From Bispira polyomma (Eukaryota), in the NCBI GenBank assembly GCA_965649765.1, contig OZ287754.1, positions 35,898,001 through 35,962,000 on the forward strand: DNA of 64,000 bases, read 5' to 3'. The number at the start of each line of letters is the position of its first letter. Within the stretch, counting starts at the first letter, position 1. The translations under genes were made by a program, and so were the position numbers. Below, piece after piece: positions 63,522 to 64,000 of this stretch. A model generated the notes under the pieces. That model was not told where the DNA came from. It saw only the letters and a program-made list of their open reading frames with translations, and searched no databases.

Positions 63522-64000
63522 CTGGAATAGATCAATTAGTATACAGCATGCATTGCTACTACAGCAATATTTCAAGGAAGGTTTATGTTTTAAATACAAC
63601 ATTGGAGCAATCGTTGTTGGAACCCTATTAGTATTTGTGTTGAGGTGCATTTGATATTATAACAAAACACTGATCTGATTTTACTAAAATTTATACATGT
63701 AATGTTAAATGTCTAATCTTTGACGACAATAAACAATGTGGTTTTTGGTAGGAAATGAACCATTTAGAAAAAGGGATTATTTCTCCTCAATGCACATTTA
63801 CTTTCTTGTCCTATACTACTCATTCATTTTTCCAAGGGCGTGGATTATGCTATCTCTGGCTGCCGTCTTTATATTTGATTTATAATTCAGGAATATATGT
63901 AAAATAAGTAATCATTTATAATATTTAGATACTTTAAATGGAGACAAGATGGTTAACATACCTCATTTAATGAAAACTATGATGTGTTCAATAATTTTTA

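Overview
AT-rich eukaryotic (animal, probably marine invertebrate; inferred) genomic DNA, not prokaryotic. 1-18.4 kb: 5' part of a minus-strand multi-exon gene, reconstructed from GT-AG sites with compatible phases, encoding signal peptide + LamG/pentraxin-like domain + chitin-binding CBM14 domain + at least 6 EGF repeats; it runs off the left edge. Four of its splice junctions sit in or against minisatellite arrays, and in three the unit copies the exon end plus the donor site. 19.1-30.8 kb: three apparently identical 3914-bp tandem copies with junction microhomology. 31.5-50.6 kb: a decayed LINE split by a 16.3-kb nest of DIRS-order tyrosine-recombinase (YR) retrotransposons: two head-to-tail family-A copies, with a family-B copy inside the first. 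A family-C copy lies at 57.9-63.0 kb inside a decayed BFAR-like gene; further LINE fragments and a Harbinger-type MITE occur. Most notable: in all three divergent YR families the recombinase frame begins at a phase-1 splice acceptor just after the pol stop, and there is a phase-1 donor at the equivalent position in mid-gag. This predicts a spliced Gag(N-half)-YR fusion. The elements also show no long ITR/ICR or split direct repeats by eye, only short CAGT(T/C) inverted ends, and B has no target-site duplication. All calls are by eye; no database searches were run.
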